Both the position numbers and the translations under genes were made by a program. Below are positions 54,879-64,000 of a DNA stretch of 64,000 nucleotides, piece by piece (within the stretch, counting starts at the first letter, position 1; each line of letters opens with the position of its first letter). The notes beneath the pieces were generated by a model. The model searched no databases. It worked only from the letters and a program-made list of their open reading frames with translations, and was not told the DNA's origin. Origin of the DNA: Clostridia bacterium (GTDB taxonomy: Bacteria; Bacillota; Clostridia; CAKSNL01; HGM11501); contig JAZQAZ010000020.1 of assembly GCA_045545475.1 (NCBI GenBank), positions 32,001 to 96,000 of the forward strand. The letters run 5' to 3'.

Positions 54879-56189
54879 TTATTTCTTAAGCTTATCCTTG
54901 GGAATGTTTACATAGTCAAATACGTTAACGGGCATACCTGAAGCCATTGACTTATTGGCACAGATACCTGTCATAATACTCATTGCACCGTCGATGTGAC
55001 TTGCCGCTCTGTGGAGAGGATCATAAGGAGCATTGGGATTGAAGATATCGTCAAGCATAACGGGATCGCCGCCGCCGTGTCCGCCTTCTATTTTTTTGAT
55101 CTCAACCTCATAGGGGGGCTGGAACTGAGGATAAACAACGATGCTTCTACCCTTTACAAGACCTTCCTTTTCGGAAGCATCCTGACCGTTGATATAAATA
55201 TCCTCAACAACTCTCATTTCAACTCGTCCCTTGGTACCGGTGATGCAAACCTTAAGTCCTTCGTAGGGAGAGAAAGCATTTAATGAGTAGCTCATAATTG
55301 CGCCGTTTGCATAGTTAACAAGTACGTTCATTGTATCTTCAATGCTGATACCGTCGCCGAATACGCTCTGGTCACGAACATAACCGTCGTCCTTTTCAGC
55401 CTCCAGATACATGGTACGGAGATAGGGGCTTGCCTCCATATTTATTGCAAAGGGATCGCCCTTGGCGTTTTCGGAGCCGTGGCAGCGGGTATAAAACTTT
55501 GTGATGCCGCGTTCTTCCGCATTTTCTCTTCCGTAGAACTTAAGTCCGCCCTGCGCATAAACTTTAACGGGGTAGGAGTTAATCCAGAAGTTTACAAGGT
55601 CGAAGTGGTGAGTTGCCTTATGAACCATAAGACCGCCGGAGTTTCTCTTGTCTCTGTGCCAGCGTCTGAAATAGTCTGCACCGTGAGCTGTGTTTAAGAG
55701 CCACTCAAAATGAATCTGCTTAACGTCACCGATTGTTCCTTCTGCAATAATTTCGCGGAGCTTTGAGTGATGGGGAGCATAACGGTAGTTAAATGAAACT
55801 CTTAAGTTTTTGCCTGTTCTTTCAATGGCATCGAGTATTTCGTTGCACTTATCGTCGTCAACCGTCATGGGCTTTTCGGAAATAACGTCGCAGCCCATTT
55901 CCATAGCCTTAACGATGTAACGGTGGTGCGTTCTGTCGATGGAGGTTACGATGACAACATCGGGCTTTTCTGTTTCAATCATCTTTTCGAACTCATCTGC
56001 ACCGTAAAGGTTAACATCGTGATAACCGAAGTTTTCCATTAAAATTTTTCTGCCAAGCTCAAGTCTTGTTCTGTTGATGTCGCAAAATGCGGTAAGTTCG
56101 CAGAGATCTTTGTATGTTGTGGCAAGTGCATTTGTCCACATTCTGGATCTTCCGCCGATACCCACCTGTACATATCTTTTCTTTTCCAT
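54879..56189 (-). CDS. Gfo/Idh/MocA-family oxidoreductase (YteT-like)
   Basis: VGIGGR, ISEKPM, FNYRYAP, HGADYFRRWHR, GLMVHKATHHFD, GGHGGGD. Confidence 0.92.
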   Translation of the reverse strand: MEKKRYVQVGIGGRSRMWTNALATTYKDLCELTAFCDINRTRLELGRKILMENFGYHDVNLYGADEFEKMIETEKPDVVIVTSIDRTHHRYIVKAMEMGCDVISEKPMTVDDDKCNEILDAIERTGKNLRVSFNYRYAPHHSKLREIIAEGTIGDVKQIHFEWLLNTAHGADYFRRWHRDKRNSGGLMVHKATHHFDLVNFWINSYPVKVYAQGGLKFYGRENAEERGITKFYTRCHGSENAKGDPFAINMEASPYLRTMYLEAEKDDGYVRDQSVFGDGISIEDTMNVLVNYANGAIMSYSLNAFSPYEGLKVCITGTKGRVEMRVVEDIYINGQDASEKEGLVKGRSIVVYPQFQPPYEVEIKKIEGGHGGGDPVMLDDIFNPNAPYDPLHRAASHIDGAMSIMTGICANKSMASGMPVNVFDYVNIPKDKLKK

Positions 56190-56332
56190 AAAAATTTCCT
56201 CCTTAAAGAAATTTATTATTGACAAACCATTGTCTTCTTTTATATAATACACCTATAAATTTGTTTTTTCTATAAAAATATAACTATTTTTTTTCAAAAA
56301 AACAAAAATATTGCACTTTTTGGGGGGCGCTT

Positions 56333-57151
56333 ATGGATATAATACAAACTTCCGGCAAAAAAATTACTGCCGAGCGCAGCAGCTATGTAAGGCACAAAAG
56401 TATGAAATATCTTCAGCTTCACGATTATTACGAGGGCTATTTTCTTCTGGAAGGCGAAAGAAAATATTTCATTGACAGCAAGCTTTATTCCCTTCAGGCA
56501 GGTGATTTTGTTTTGGTACCTCCCGATGTGCTTCACAGAAGTGTGGGGGATAATGCCGGCTTTTATTCAAGAGTGCTTTTGACCATTCCGAAAAAGTTTA
56601 TGGAAAAAGAACTTGTTACGGAATTTTATGAAGGAGGCACAGAATACGTGCTTAAAATTCCTGCAAAGCGAAGGAAATATCTTGAATCCATACTTGAAAA
56701 AATGGAATATGAAACGGGAAGAAATGATTCTCACAGCGAGTATCTTTTAAAAAGCTATGCAAATGAGCTTTTCATATTTTTAATAAGAATAAAGGCAAGA
56801 ACGGACTTTTCAAGGGCGGACAAGGAAGCAGACCGCGTGATAGGCGAGGCAGCAAGCTTTATAAGGGAAAATTTTGATAAACCGCTTACTCTTGAAATTA
56901 CGGCAAGGCGTGTCCGAATGAGCAAAACCTATTTCTGTAAAATGTTCCGTGAAAAAACGGGCTTCGGCTTTTCCGATTATCTTGCGGGGGTAAGAATAAC
57001 AGAGGCTGCAAAAATGCTTACCGATACCGATATGAATATAACGGAAATTGCTACAAAGTGCGGCTTTAATGACAGCTCCTACTTTGCAACGGTGTTCAAA
57101 AGAATAAAAGGTGTAACACCCGTTAAGTACAGAAAGTCAAGAGAAATTTAA
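56333..57151 (+). CDS. AraC-family transcriptional regulator
   Basis: HDYYE.YFL..GER, C-terminal ITEIA..CGFNDSSYF..VFKR.KG.TP..YR; divergent from the oxidoreductase. Confidence 0.93.
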   Translation: MDIIQTSGKKITAERSSYVRHKSMKYLQLHDYYEGYFLLEGERKYFIDSKLYSLQAGDFVLVPPDVLHRSVGDNAGFYSRVLLTIPKKFMEKELVTEFYEGGTEYVLKIPAKRRKYLESILEKMEYETGRNDSHSEYLLKSYANELFIFLIRIKARTDFSRADKEADRVIGEAASFIRENFDKPLTLEITARRVRMSKTYFCKMFREKTGFGFSDYLAGVRITEAAKMLTDTDMNITEIATKCGFNDSSYFATVFKRIKGVTPVKYRKSREI

Positions 57152-57169
57152 TTTTAGTCAATTTGTATA

Positions 57170-57198
57170 TTGAAAAATAACTGATATGATGCTATAAT
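57170..57198 (+). promoter_or_regulatory. Sigma-A promoter of ilvE
   Basis: TTGAAA-17 bp-TATAAT with extended -10 TG. Confidence 0.75.
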
Positions 57199-57231
57199 CA
57201 ATCTATATTTAAAAAGAAAGAGGCGTTTTAA

Positions 57232-58257
57232 ATGGAAAAGAAGAATATTGACTGGCAGAACTTAGGCTTCGGTTATGTAAAGACAGACTACCGCTATGTG
57301 TCCGACTTTAAGGACGGTGCCTGGGACGAAGGCAGACTTACAGAGGATGCAACAATTGCAATAAGCGAATGTGCAGGCGTATTCCAGTATGCTCAGACCT
57401 GCTTTGAAGGTCTTAAAGCATATACAACAGAAGACGGAAAAATTGTTACCTTCCGTCCCGACCTTAATGCACAGAGAATGGCAGACTCCGCAAGAAGACT
57501 TGAGATGCCCGTTTTCCCCGAGGACAGATTTGTTGAAGCTGTAGCCGAGGTAGTAAAAGCAAACGCAGCTTATGTTCCTCCCTACGGAAGCGGTGCGACC
57601 CTTTATTTAAGACCCTTTATGATAGGCTCAAACCCCGTTATCGGTGTTAAGCCTGCAACAGAATATCAGTTCAGAATTTTTGCAACGCCCGTTGGCCCTT
57701 ACTTCAAGGGCGGCGTTAAGCCCCTTACACTTAAGGTTGCCGATTTTGACAGAGCTGCTCCCAACGGAACAGGTAACGTTAAGGCAGGTCTTAACTATGC
57801 AATGAGCCTGCACGCTATCGTAACTGCTCACGACGAAGGCTATGACGAAAATATGTACTTAGATGCCAAGACTCACACAAAGGTTGAAGAAACAGGCGGC
57901 GCAAACTTTATTTTCGTAACAAAGGATAAAAAGGTTGTAACTCCCAAATCAAACAGTATTCTTCCTTCAATTACACGCCGTTCATTAATGGTTGTTGCCA
58001 AGGAATATTTAGGTCTTGAGGCAGAGGAAAGAGAAATCACTTTAGAAGAAGTTAAAGACTTTGCTGAGTGCGGTCTTTGCGGAACAGCAGCTGTTATTTC
58101 TCCCGTTGGTAAAATTGTTGACCACGGCAAGGAAATCGCATTCCCCAGCGGTATGAGCGAAATGGGCGAAATTACAAAGAAGCTTTACGACACATTGACA
58201 GGTATCCAGATGGGCAGAATCGAAGCTCCCAAGGGCTGGATAAAGGAAATTCTTTAA
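57232..58257 (+). CDS. ilvE: Branched-chain amino-acid aminotransferase
   Basis: DW.NLGF.Y, YAQTCFEGLKAY, LYLRPF, KAGLNYA, EETGGAN, SILPSITRRS, CGTAAVISP. Confidence 0.96.
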   Translation: MEKKNIDWQNLGFGYVKTDYRYVSDFKDGAWDEGRLTEDATIAISECAGVFQYAQTCFEGLKAYTTEDGKIVTFRPDLNAQRMADSARRLEMPVFPEDRFVEAVAEVVKANAAYVPPYGSGATLYLRPFMIGSNPVIGVKPATEYQFRIFATPVGPYFKGGVKPLTLKVADFDRAAPNGTGNVKAGLNYAMSLHAIVTAHDEGYDENMYLDAKTHTKVEETGGANFIFVTKDKKVVTPKSNSILPSITRRSLMVVAKEYLGLEAEEREITLEEVKDFAECGLCGTAAVISPVGKIVDHGKEIAFPSGMSEMGEITKKLYDTLTGIQMGRIEAPKGWIKEIL

Positions 58258-58270
58258 TAAAAAGTGTGCC

Positions 58271-58295
58271 AAAGGGGCACGGAATGTGCCCCTTT
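58271..58295 (+). terminator. Terminator after ilvE
   Basis: AAAGGGGCAC-GGAAT-GTGCCCCTTT. Confidence 0.75.
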
Positions 58296-58326
58296 AAATA
58301 TTTTTTCAAAAATATAAAAAAAGTTC

Positions 58327-58355
58327 TTGCATTATTTAAAACTTTGTGTTATAAT
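58327..58355 (+). promoter_or_regulatory. Sigma-A promoter of rpmE
   Basis: TTGCAT-17 bp-TATAAT with extended -10 TG. Confidence 0.75.
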
Positions 58356-58416
58356 TATGCGGTAATAGGCTGTCGGCAAAATCCGACGGCGCAAAATGAA
58401 CGAGAGGTGAACGTAA

Positions 58417-58623
58417 ATGAGAGAAGGAATTCATCCTGATTATAAGCAGACAACAATCAAGTGTGCTTGTGGCGAAGTAATCGAAACAGGTTCCACAAAA
58501 GAAAACATCACAGTTGAAATCTGCTCCAAGTGCCATCCCTTCTACACAGGAAAGCAGAAGCTTGTTGATACAGGCGGTCGTGTAGAAAGATTCAGAAAGA
58601 AATTTAATCTTGAAAGCAAATAA
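58417..58623 (+). CDS. rpmE: 50S ribosomal protein L31 (zinc-binding type)
   Basis: [36 protein letters not shown]. Confidence 0.98.
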   Translation: MREGIHPDYKQTTIKCACGEVIETGSTKENITVEICSKCHPFYTGKQKLVDTGGRVERFRKKFNLESK

Positions 58624-58650
58624 AAAAAGTGGGCAACGCCCGCTTTTTTT
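58623..58650 (+). terminator. Terminator after rpmE
   Basis: AAAAAAGTGGGC-AAC-GCCCGCTTTTTTT. Confidence 0.85.
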
Positions 58651-58717
58651 GTTTCTATATTGAAATTTTTTTCTATGTGTGGTAATATATAGTAAAAAGA
58701 GAAAGGTGGATTGAAAA

Positions 58718-59341
58718 ATGGATTTTGGTGTAATTGTTTTAGGTTTGGTGGTTTTATTAATTTATATCGCTTTATTTGCGTATCTGATTGCTAATTATGT
58801 TTTGGAATCTCTTGCTTTTTATAAGATAGCAAAAGCAAAAGAAATTGAAAACCCCTGGCTTTCATGGATTCCTGTTTGCAACTATTACATAATAGGCCGA
58901 ATCGCAAACGAATATGATAAAGAGAAGGGCTATGACAGAAAGTGGCACAAACCACTTTTGACTTTCGGAATAATTTTTGCAGCTGTTATGTCTGTGGGAT
59001 ATGTTGTATTCATTGCCGGAACGGTGATTATGAGTATGGACTACGGTTATATGGACTATTCATCAACGCTGGGAGTAAGCCTTTTTGCAATAGGCTATGC
59101 AGGAATTTTAGTCGGTGCTGTTGCGGCGGCGGTAACCAATATACTGCGTGGGATATGTGTATATAAAATATTTGAAGCACTTAATCCTGAAAAGGCTATC
59201 AAATATATAATACTTTATTTTCTTGTGCCACTTGCAGGTCCGATATGTCTTTTGAAAAACAGCGACAGGGCGTATCCTGAAAAAGTTGAAACACCTATAT
59301 TTGAATTTACTGAAGAATCGGAAAGTCCAGAGGAAAAGTGA
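58718..59341 (+). CDS. Hypothetical membrane protein
   Basis: About four TM segments; Y.IAK...ENPWLSWIPV.NYYI.G motif typical of uncharacterised clostridial membrane proteins. Confidence 0.75.
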   Translation: MDFGVIVLGLVVLLIYIALFAYLIANYVLESLAFYKIAKAKEIENPWLSWIPVCNYYIIGRIANEYDKEKGYDRKWHKPLLTFGIIFAAVMSVGYVVFIAGTVIMSMDYGYMDYSSTLGVSLFAIGYAGILVGAVAAAVTNILRGICVYKIFEALNPEKAIKYIILYFLVPLAGPICLLKNSDRAYPEKVETPIFEFTEESESPEEK

Positions 59342-59351
59342 ATAAAAAGTG

Positions 59352-59394
59352 ACAAGGCATCGAAGCTGTCGCTTCGATGCCTTGTTTATTTTTT
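59352..59394. terminator. Terminator between convergent genes
   Basis: ACAAGGCATCGAAGC-TGTC-GCTTCGATGCCTTGT-TTATTTTTT. Confidence 0.85.
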
Positions 59395-59404
59395 GTGAAG
59401 ATAT

Positions 59405-60220
59405 TTATTCCGCAAAGTCAAACAAAAGTTCATCCTTTAGCCATGCGGCGCTTAAATTGGCCCAGCTTGACGCATGAGGCTTTTGGGGTGCAAGCCCCAT
59501 ACCGTGACCGCCTGTGGGATAGATATGTAATTCAAAGGGAACTTTGTTTTCGGAAAGTGCCTTTGCCATATCAATGCTGTTGGAAACGGGAACCACAGGA
59601 TCTTCTGCGGTATGCCACAAAAATGTGGGCGGGGTTTCAGGATTAACCTGCTTTTCTGCCGATAAAAAGTCCGAAAGTGCCATATATTCGTCACCGGGAT
59701 AATCGGATAAAAGATTTTTTCTTGAGCCGATGTGGGTATACTTACTGCTAAATGAAAGCACGCCGTAGCAAAGAATCGCGCCGTTGGGACGGGCGGAAAC
59801 TTCATCAATTTCATCCTTTGCCTCAACTTCAAAATCGTAATGGGTGAGTAACGTTGATGCCAGATGACCGCCTGCGGAAAAGCCGAGGATTGCTATCTGG
59901 TCTGGATTTACGTTGTATTCCTTGGCGTGGTAGCGGACATATCTGATGGCACGAAGGGCATCGTAAAGCATTGCGGGATGGTTGTAGGGGGCAAGGCGGT
60001 AGGTTACAACAAAGGCATTAAAGCCGTTATTGTTATAAAATTCGGCAATTTTTGAGCCTTCTTTTTCCAGTGATAAATGGTGATATCCTCCGCCGGGGAA
60101 AATGATTACGGTGCCAAGGGGTTTATCTGAATCAATCAAAAACGGCTCCATTGCAGGAATCTGACCAAGTTCTTCTTTATAAAGCGGAATATTTTCCTTT
60201 TCCCATAAATTAATCATCAT
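59405..60220 (-). CDS. Alpha/beta hydrolase (acetyl/feruloyl esterase-like)
   Basis: FPGGGY, GFSAGGHL nucleophile elbow, EDPVV, GGHGMG. Confidence 0.9.
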   Translation of the reverse strand: MMINLWEKENIPLYKEELGQIPAMEPFLIDSDKPLGTVIIFPGGGYHHLSLEKEGSKIAEFYNNNGFNAFVVTYRLAPYNHPAMLYDALRAIRYVRYHAKEYNVNPDQIAILGFSAGGHLASTLLTHYDFEVEAKDEIDEVSARPNGAILCYGVLSFSSKYTHIGSRKNLLSDYPGDEYMALSDFLSAEKQVNPETPPTFLWHTAEDPVVPVSNSIDMAKALSENKVPFELHIYPTGGHGMGLAPQKPHASSWANLSAAWLKDELLFDFAE

Positions 60221-61458
60221 ACCAAATCCTCCTTTACTGTTCTTCTTATAAGATCGTAAACGTGAAGCATTGCCGAATTTCTCACGCGGTCTCTTGCACC
60301 GGGAATGAAAAGCTTAAAGGCTTTTTCACACTTTTCGGTGGAAATTGCAATCCATACCGTACCTACGGGCTTATCGGGAGTGCCGCCTGTGGGGCCTGCG
60401 ATACCGCTGGTGGAAACGCCGATGTCACTGCCTGCTTTAAGGCGGACACCCTTTGCCATCTGAAGCACGGTCTCTTCCGATACTGCACCGCATTTTTCAA
60501 GTGTTTCGGGAGAGACACCCAAGGCATTTACCTTGGCGGAATTTGCATAGGTAACGGCACCGTATAAAAACACCTCGGAGGAGCCTGAAAGGTCTGTTAT
60601 AGCCGAGGCAATCATACCGCCGGTACAGCTTTCAGCCGATGCAAAGGTAAGCTTTTTTTCGCGGAGCAAATCAAGAACGCATTGAGGCAGGGAATAGGTG
60701 AGCCCTTCGCCGTAAATTAAATCGCCGAAAATTTCGTAAATTTCCTTCTTTACGGGAGCGATTAAAGCTTCGGCTTCGTCCTTGGTTTTTGCCCTTGCAC
60801 TTATTCTTAAGGAAAGTTCCCCGGGATTTACATAGGGTGCAACGGTGGGATTGCTTGATGATGTCAAGTGAGCGATTTTTTTCTCTGCCTCAGCTTCGCC
60901 CATACCGAAAATTCTTATAAAGTCCGACTTTACGGTAACGCCGCTCTTTTCCTCGAAGAAAGGAATTAAATATTCCGTAAACATAGGCTTCATTTCGCGG
61001 GGAGGACCGGGCATCATAACAGCAATTTTGCCGTCCTTTTCAATCAGTACACCCGGGGCGGTGCCGAACTTGTTATATAAAGTAACTGCACCTTCGGGGA
61101 TAAGTGCCTGTTTTGTGTTTGAAGGTGTCATTTCCCGTCCGCGGCTTTTGAAATATTCCGTAATCTGAGAAAGTGCCGCTTCATCCATCTTAAGGGGCAT
61201 ATTAAAATATTCTGCCACGGTTTCCTTTGTCATATCGTCATATGTGGGACCAAGACCGCCTGTCATAATAACACAGTCGCTTCTTTTAAAAGCAAGGTCA
61301 AGGGATTCCTTCAATCTTTCTGCATTGTCGCCCACAACCGTGTGATAGTGGACATTCAATCCAAGCTCGGAAAGCCTTGCTGTGATAAACTGGGCATTGG
61401 TGTTTGCAATTTGCCCCATTAAAAGCTCGGTTCCGATTGCGAGTATTTCAGCGTTCAC
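60217..61458 (-). CDS. cinA: Competence/damage-inducible protein A (NMN deamidase fusion)
   Basis: AIGTELLMGQIANTNA, TGGLGPT.DD, PGPPREM, AESCTGG, GIAGP.GG; GTG start after GAGAGGA. Confidence 0.95.
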   Translation of the reverse strand: MNAEILAIGTELLMGQIANTNAQFITARLSELGLNVHYHTVVGDNAERLKESLDLAFKRSDCVIMTGGLGPTYDDMTKETVAEYFNMPLKMDEAALSQITEYFKSRGREMTPSNTKQALIPEGAVTLYNKFGTAPGVLIEKDGKIAVMMPGPPREMKPMFTEYLIPFFEEKSGVTVKSDFIRIFGMGEAEAEKKIAHLTSSSNPTVAPYVNPGELSLRISARAKTKDEAEALIAPVKKEIYEIFGDLIYGEGLTYSLPQCVLDLLREKKLTFASAESCTGGMIASAITDLSGSSEVFLYGAVTYANSAKVNALGVSPETLEKCGAVSEETVLQMAKGVRLKAGSDIGVSTSGIAGPTGGTPDKPVGTVWIAISTEKCEKAFKLFIPGARDRVRNSAMLHVYDLIRRTVKEDLV

Positions 61459-61478
61459 GTAAGTCAATCCTCTCAAGA

Positions 61479-62651
61479 TTAATATTTTCTTATGTTTATC
61501 GTCTCAATTCCTTCGATGGCTTTCTGACAAAGCTCGTCAAAGGGAATGTGGCTTTCGCTCTTTAATATATTTTCAATGTTGGGACGTGTTGTTGGGTGCT
61601 TGGGTGTAAACACCGTACAGCAATCCTCATAGGGAAGAATGGAGGTTTCGAAGGTGTCGATTTTTCTTGCAATCTGAACAATTTCATCCTTGTCCATACC
61701 TATGCAGGGACGGAAAACGGGAATATCCGTAACCGAATCTGTAACGCCCAGTGCCCAAACCGTCTGGCTTGCAACCTGGCCGATGGATTCGCCTGTGATA
61801 AGACCCTGACACTCTCTCTTTTTAGCAACCTCGTTTGCTATTTTCATCATCATTCTTCGCATGATTAATGTCATGTGCTCAGAAGGACAGTTATCACGGA
61901 TGGCAAGCTGTGCTTCGGTGAAGGGAACAATGTGAAGAGGCATACTTCCTGTATAGTCCGCAATGCGGTCAGCTAAGGTTAAAACCTTTTCCTTTGCCTT
62001 TTCGCCTGTATAAGGATAGCTGAAGAAGTGTATTCCCTCAACGTAAACGCCGCGCTTTGCAATCATATGTCCTGCGACGGGGCTGTCAATACCGCCTGAT
62101 AAAAGAAGCATTGCTCTTCCGTTTGTGCCTGTGGGCATACCGCCTGCAGCCTTTATTCTTCCGGCGTAAACGAAGGCATCGGTATCTCTTATTTCAACAC
62201 GGACAACAACGTCAGGGTTTATTACATCAACTGTTAAATGGGGGAAGGCTTCAAGAAGTGCACCGCCCACCATTGCGGAAATTTCAGGAGACTTATAGGG
62301 AAAAGATTTGTCCGCACGGCGTGACTCAACCTTGAAAGTGTTAACGCCCGTAAGGGCATCGCTCAAATACTCGGGAGCAAAGTTCATAATCTTTTCCATA
62401 TCCTTTTCGATTATGCCTGCTCGGGAAAGATTTACAATTCCGAAAACTTTTGAAAGGCGGCCTACCATTTCGTCAATGTCATCTTCCTTTTCGGGAAGAA
62501 CATAAACCGTTGCCTGCTGATCGTAAATCTTAAAGTCACCCACGGTTTTCAGGCTACGCTTCATATTACCCTTAAGCATATCCTGAAAACGACGGCGGTT
62601 TCCGCCCTTTAATATAAGTTCGCCTGTCTTGGCAAGTATCATTTCTCTCAT
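61479..62651 (-). CDS. thiI: tRNA 4-thiouridine synthase (THUMP plus PP-loop, no rhodanese domain)
   Basis: GELILKG.NR, LLLSGGIDSPVA, TGESIGQVASQT, PYEDCC. Confidence 0.96.
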   Translation of the reverse strand: MREMILAKTGELILKGGNRRRFQDMLKGNMKRSLKTVGDFKIYDQQATVYVLPEKEDDIDEMVGRLSKVFGIVNLSRAGIIEKDMEKIMNFAPEYLSDALTGVNTFKVESRRADKSFPYKSPEISAMVGGALLEAFPHLTVDVINPDVVVRVEIRDTDAFVYAGRIKAAGGMPTGTNGRAMLLLSGGIDSPVAGHMIAKRGVYVEGIHFFSYPYTGEKAKEKVLTLADRIADYTGSMPLHIVPFTEAQLAIRDNCPSEHMTLIMRRMMMKIANEVAKKRECQGLITGESIGQVASQTVWALGVTDSVTDIPVFRPCIGMDKDEIVQIARKIDTFETSILPYEDCCTVFTPKHPTTRPNIENILKSESHIPFDELCQKAIEGIETINIRKY

Positions 62652-63763
62652 CTTAATATCTCCAGTTTCTTTAGTATAGTTTGATATGTTTCTTCAAGTT
62701 CCTCGGCAGTTGTGTGCTTTGAAAAGCTGAAACGTATTGCGTTATCCGGGAAGGGTACGTTCATGGCGGCCAAAGTGGAACTGCCCTTTGCACCCTTTGC
62801 ACATGCGGAACCCGAGCTTACATAAATGCCTTCTTCGGAAAGTGCATTAAGCATTATTTCCGAGCGGATTCCCTTAAAGGATACGTTTAATACATAGGGA
62901 ACAGAAGAAACGAGGTTTCCGTTTAAGTATACATCGGGGAGACTTAAAAGTTTTTCTGCAAAGTCTTTTTTTAGCTGTGCCATACGCTCGTAATGCTCAC
63001 CGGGATTGATTTCCTTTGCCGCAGCACCAAAGCCTGCAATTCCTATCATATTTTCTGTGCCGGAGCGAATGTTTCCCTCCTGTCCGCCGCCGAAAACGAT
63101 GGACCTAAGACTTGTAACCTTGTCACCTTTATATAATGCACCAACGCCCTTTGGGCCGTGTACCTTGTGACTGCTTACGGTAAGTAAGTCAATGCCCCAC
63201 TTTGCAGGATAAAGGTCGATTTTTCCGTAGGACTGCACCGCATCCACATGGAAAAGTGCCCTCGGTGCTTTACGCTTTATCATAGGAGCCAGCTTTTCTA
63301 TTGGGAGAATAGCTCCCGTTTCGTTGTTGACGTGCATAACGCTGACAAGTGATGTCTTGTCGTTAACGGCATCTAATATTTTTTCAGCTTTCACGCTTCC
63401 GTCTTCTTCGGGAGATACGAAGAGCACTTCAAAGCCAAGGGTTTCAAGATGCATAAATGCATTTTTCACAGCATCGTGCTCAATCGCCGTAGTTACAATT
63501 CTTTTTCCCGCCTTTATGTTTGCACCGCCTAAGATGGCAAGATTATCGCTTTCGGTTCCTCCTGAGGTGAAAATTATATTTTTCGCATTGGTGTGAAGTG
63601 ATGAGGCAACAGATGCCCTTGCTTCATTAAGTATACGCTCAGACGAAAGCCCCAAAGTATAGCGGGAGGAGGGGTTTCCAAATTCCTCTTCCATCATACG
63701 GATGGAAGCTTTTACGGCTGATTCCGTCGGCTTTGTCGTAGCACTGTTATCAAGATAAATCAA
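62648..63763 (-). CDS. Cysteine desulfurase (NifS/IscS/NifZ-type) partnered with ThiI
   Basis: IYLDNSATT, FTSGGTESDN, HVDAVQ, SSHKVHGPKG, RSGTEN, SSGSAC; TTG start inferred from the RBS. Confidence 0.95.
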   Translation of the reverse strand: MIYLDNSATTKPTESAVKASIRMMEEEFGNPSSRYTLGLSSERILNEARASVASSLHTNAKNIIFTSGGTESDNLAILGGANIKAGKRIVTTAIEHDAVKNAFMHLETLGFEVLFVSPEEDGSVKAEKILDAVNDKTSLVSVMHVNNETGAILPIEKLAPMIKRKAPRALFHVDAVQSYGKIDLYPAKWGIDLLTVSSHKVHGPKGVGALYKGDKVTSLRSIVFGGGQEGNIRSGTENMIGIAGFGAAAKEINPGEHYERMAQLKKDFAEKLLSLPDVYLNGNLVSSVPYVLNVSFKGIRSEIMLNALSEEGIYVSSGSACAKGAKGSSTLAAMNVPFPDNAIRFSFSKHTTAEELEETYQTILKKLEILR

Positions 63764-63904
63764 AGGAAACATCCTTTCTTTTTGCATTACCTTATATTAT
63801 AACATCAGAAATGAAGAATTTCAATAAATATATTAAGTTAATTTTATCTTTACAAAAATAACTTTGTATGATAAAATTAAAAATACGTTAAAGGAGGAAT
63901 AAAT

Positions 63905-64000
63905 ATGAAAAAAATTTTGGCTCTTGCTATGGCTCTTGCAATTGTTGCAACACTTGTGGGCTGCGGCGGAACGGTAACTTTCAATACAGAAGACTGGGCA
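63905..64000 (+). CDS. 5' end of a lipoprotein truncated by the window edge
   Basis: RBS AAGGAGG; MKKILALAMALAIVATLVGC lipobox. Confidence 0.8.
   Translation, partial: MKKILALAMALAIVATLVGCGGTVTFNTEDWA

Noticed and set aside
61479-63763. ThiI lacking a rhodanese domain
   Set aside because: Short ThiI paired with a dedicated cysteine desulfurase is the known Firmicutes arrangement.

Overview
A 64 kb chromosomal window from a low-GC Clostridia (Firmicutes) bacterium, probably a gut anaerobe given its many plant-glycan genes; the taxonomy is inferred from gene content. Core content: a complete rnfCDGEAB operon, rhaA, a GyrB/ParE-type topoisomerase B subunit with no adjacent A subunit, a topoisomerase III-like gene, a polar amino-acid ABC transporter, a lysine riboswitch with an NhaC/LysW transporter, DUF1385-prmC, polA-coaE-lytic transglycosylase-TrmH, ilvE, rpmE, iscS-thiI-cinA and tRNA-Leu(UAA). 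Carbohydrate genes include GH127, a GH28-like enzyme, GH32, a probable GH3 tail, Gfo/Idh/MocA oxidoreductases and three AraC regulators. I found no integrase, transposase, phage gene or CRISPR-cas. Four signals stand out. (1) Directly behind tRNA-Leu (41842-42115) is a non-coding locus made of two arrays of sequence-variable mini-hairpins, mostly with C(NNN)G triloops, separated by fixed short linkers and followed by a GTAG-type REP. (2) Further dispersed REP-like elements show compensatory base changes (6298, 53704-53929, 54793). (3) A three-gene cohesin/dockerin surface-protein cluster has no recognisable enzyme. (4) An ATPase-less seven-gene carbohydrate ABC-like operon (NHL/TPR/YIP1 and DUF5696-type genes) has a giant solute-binding protein carrying an inserted C4 zinc finger. 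All family calls come from motif recognition, not database searches.
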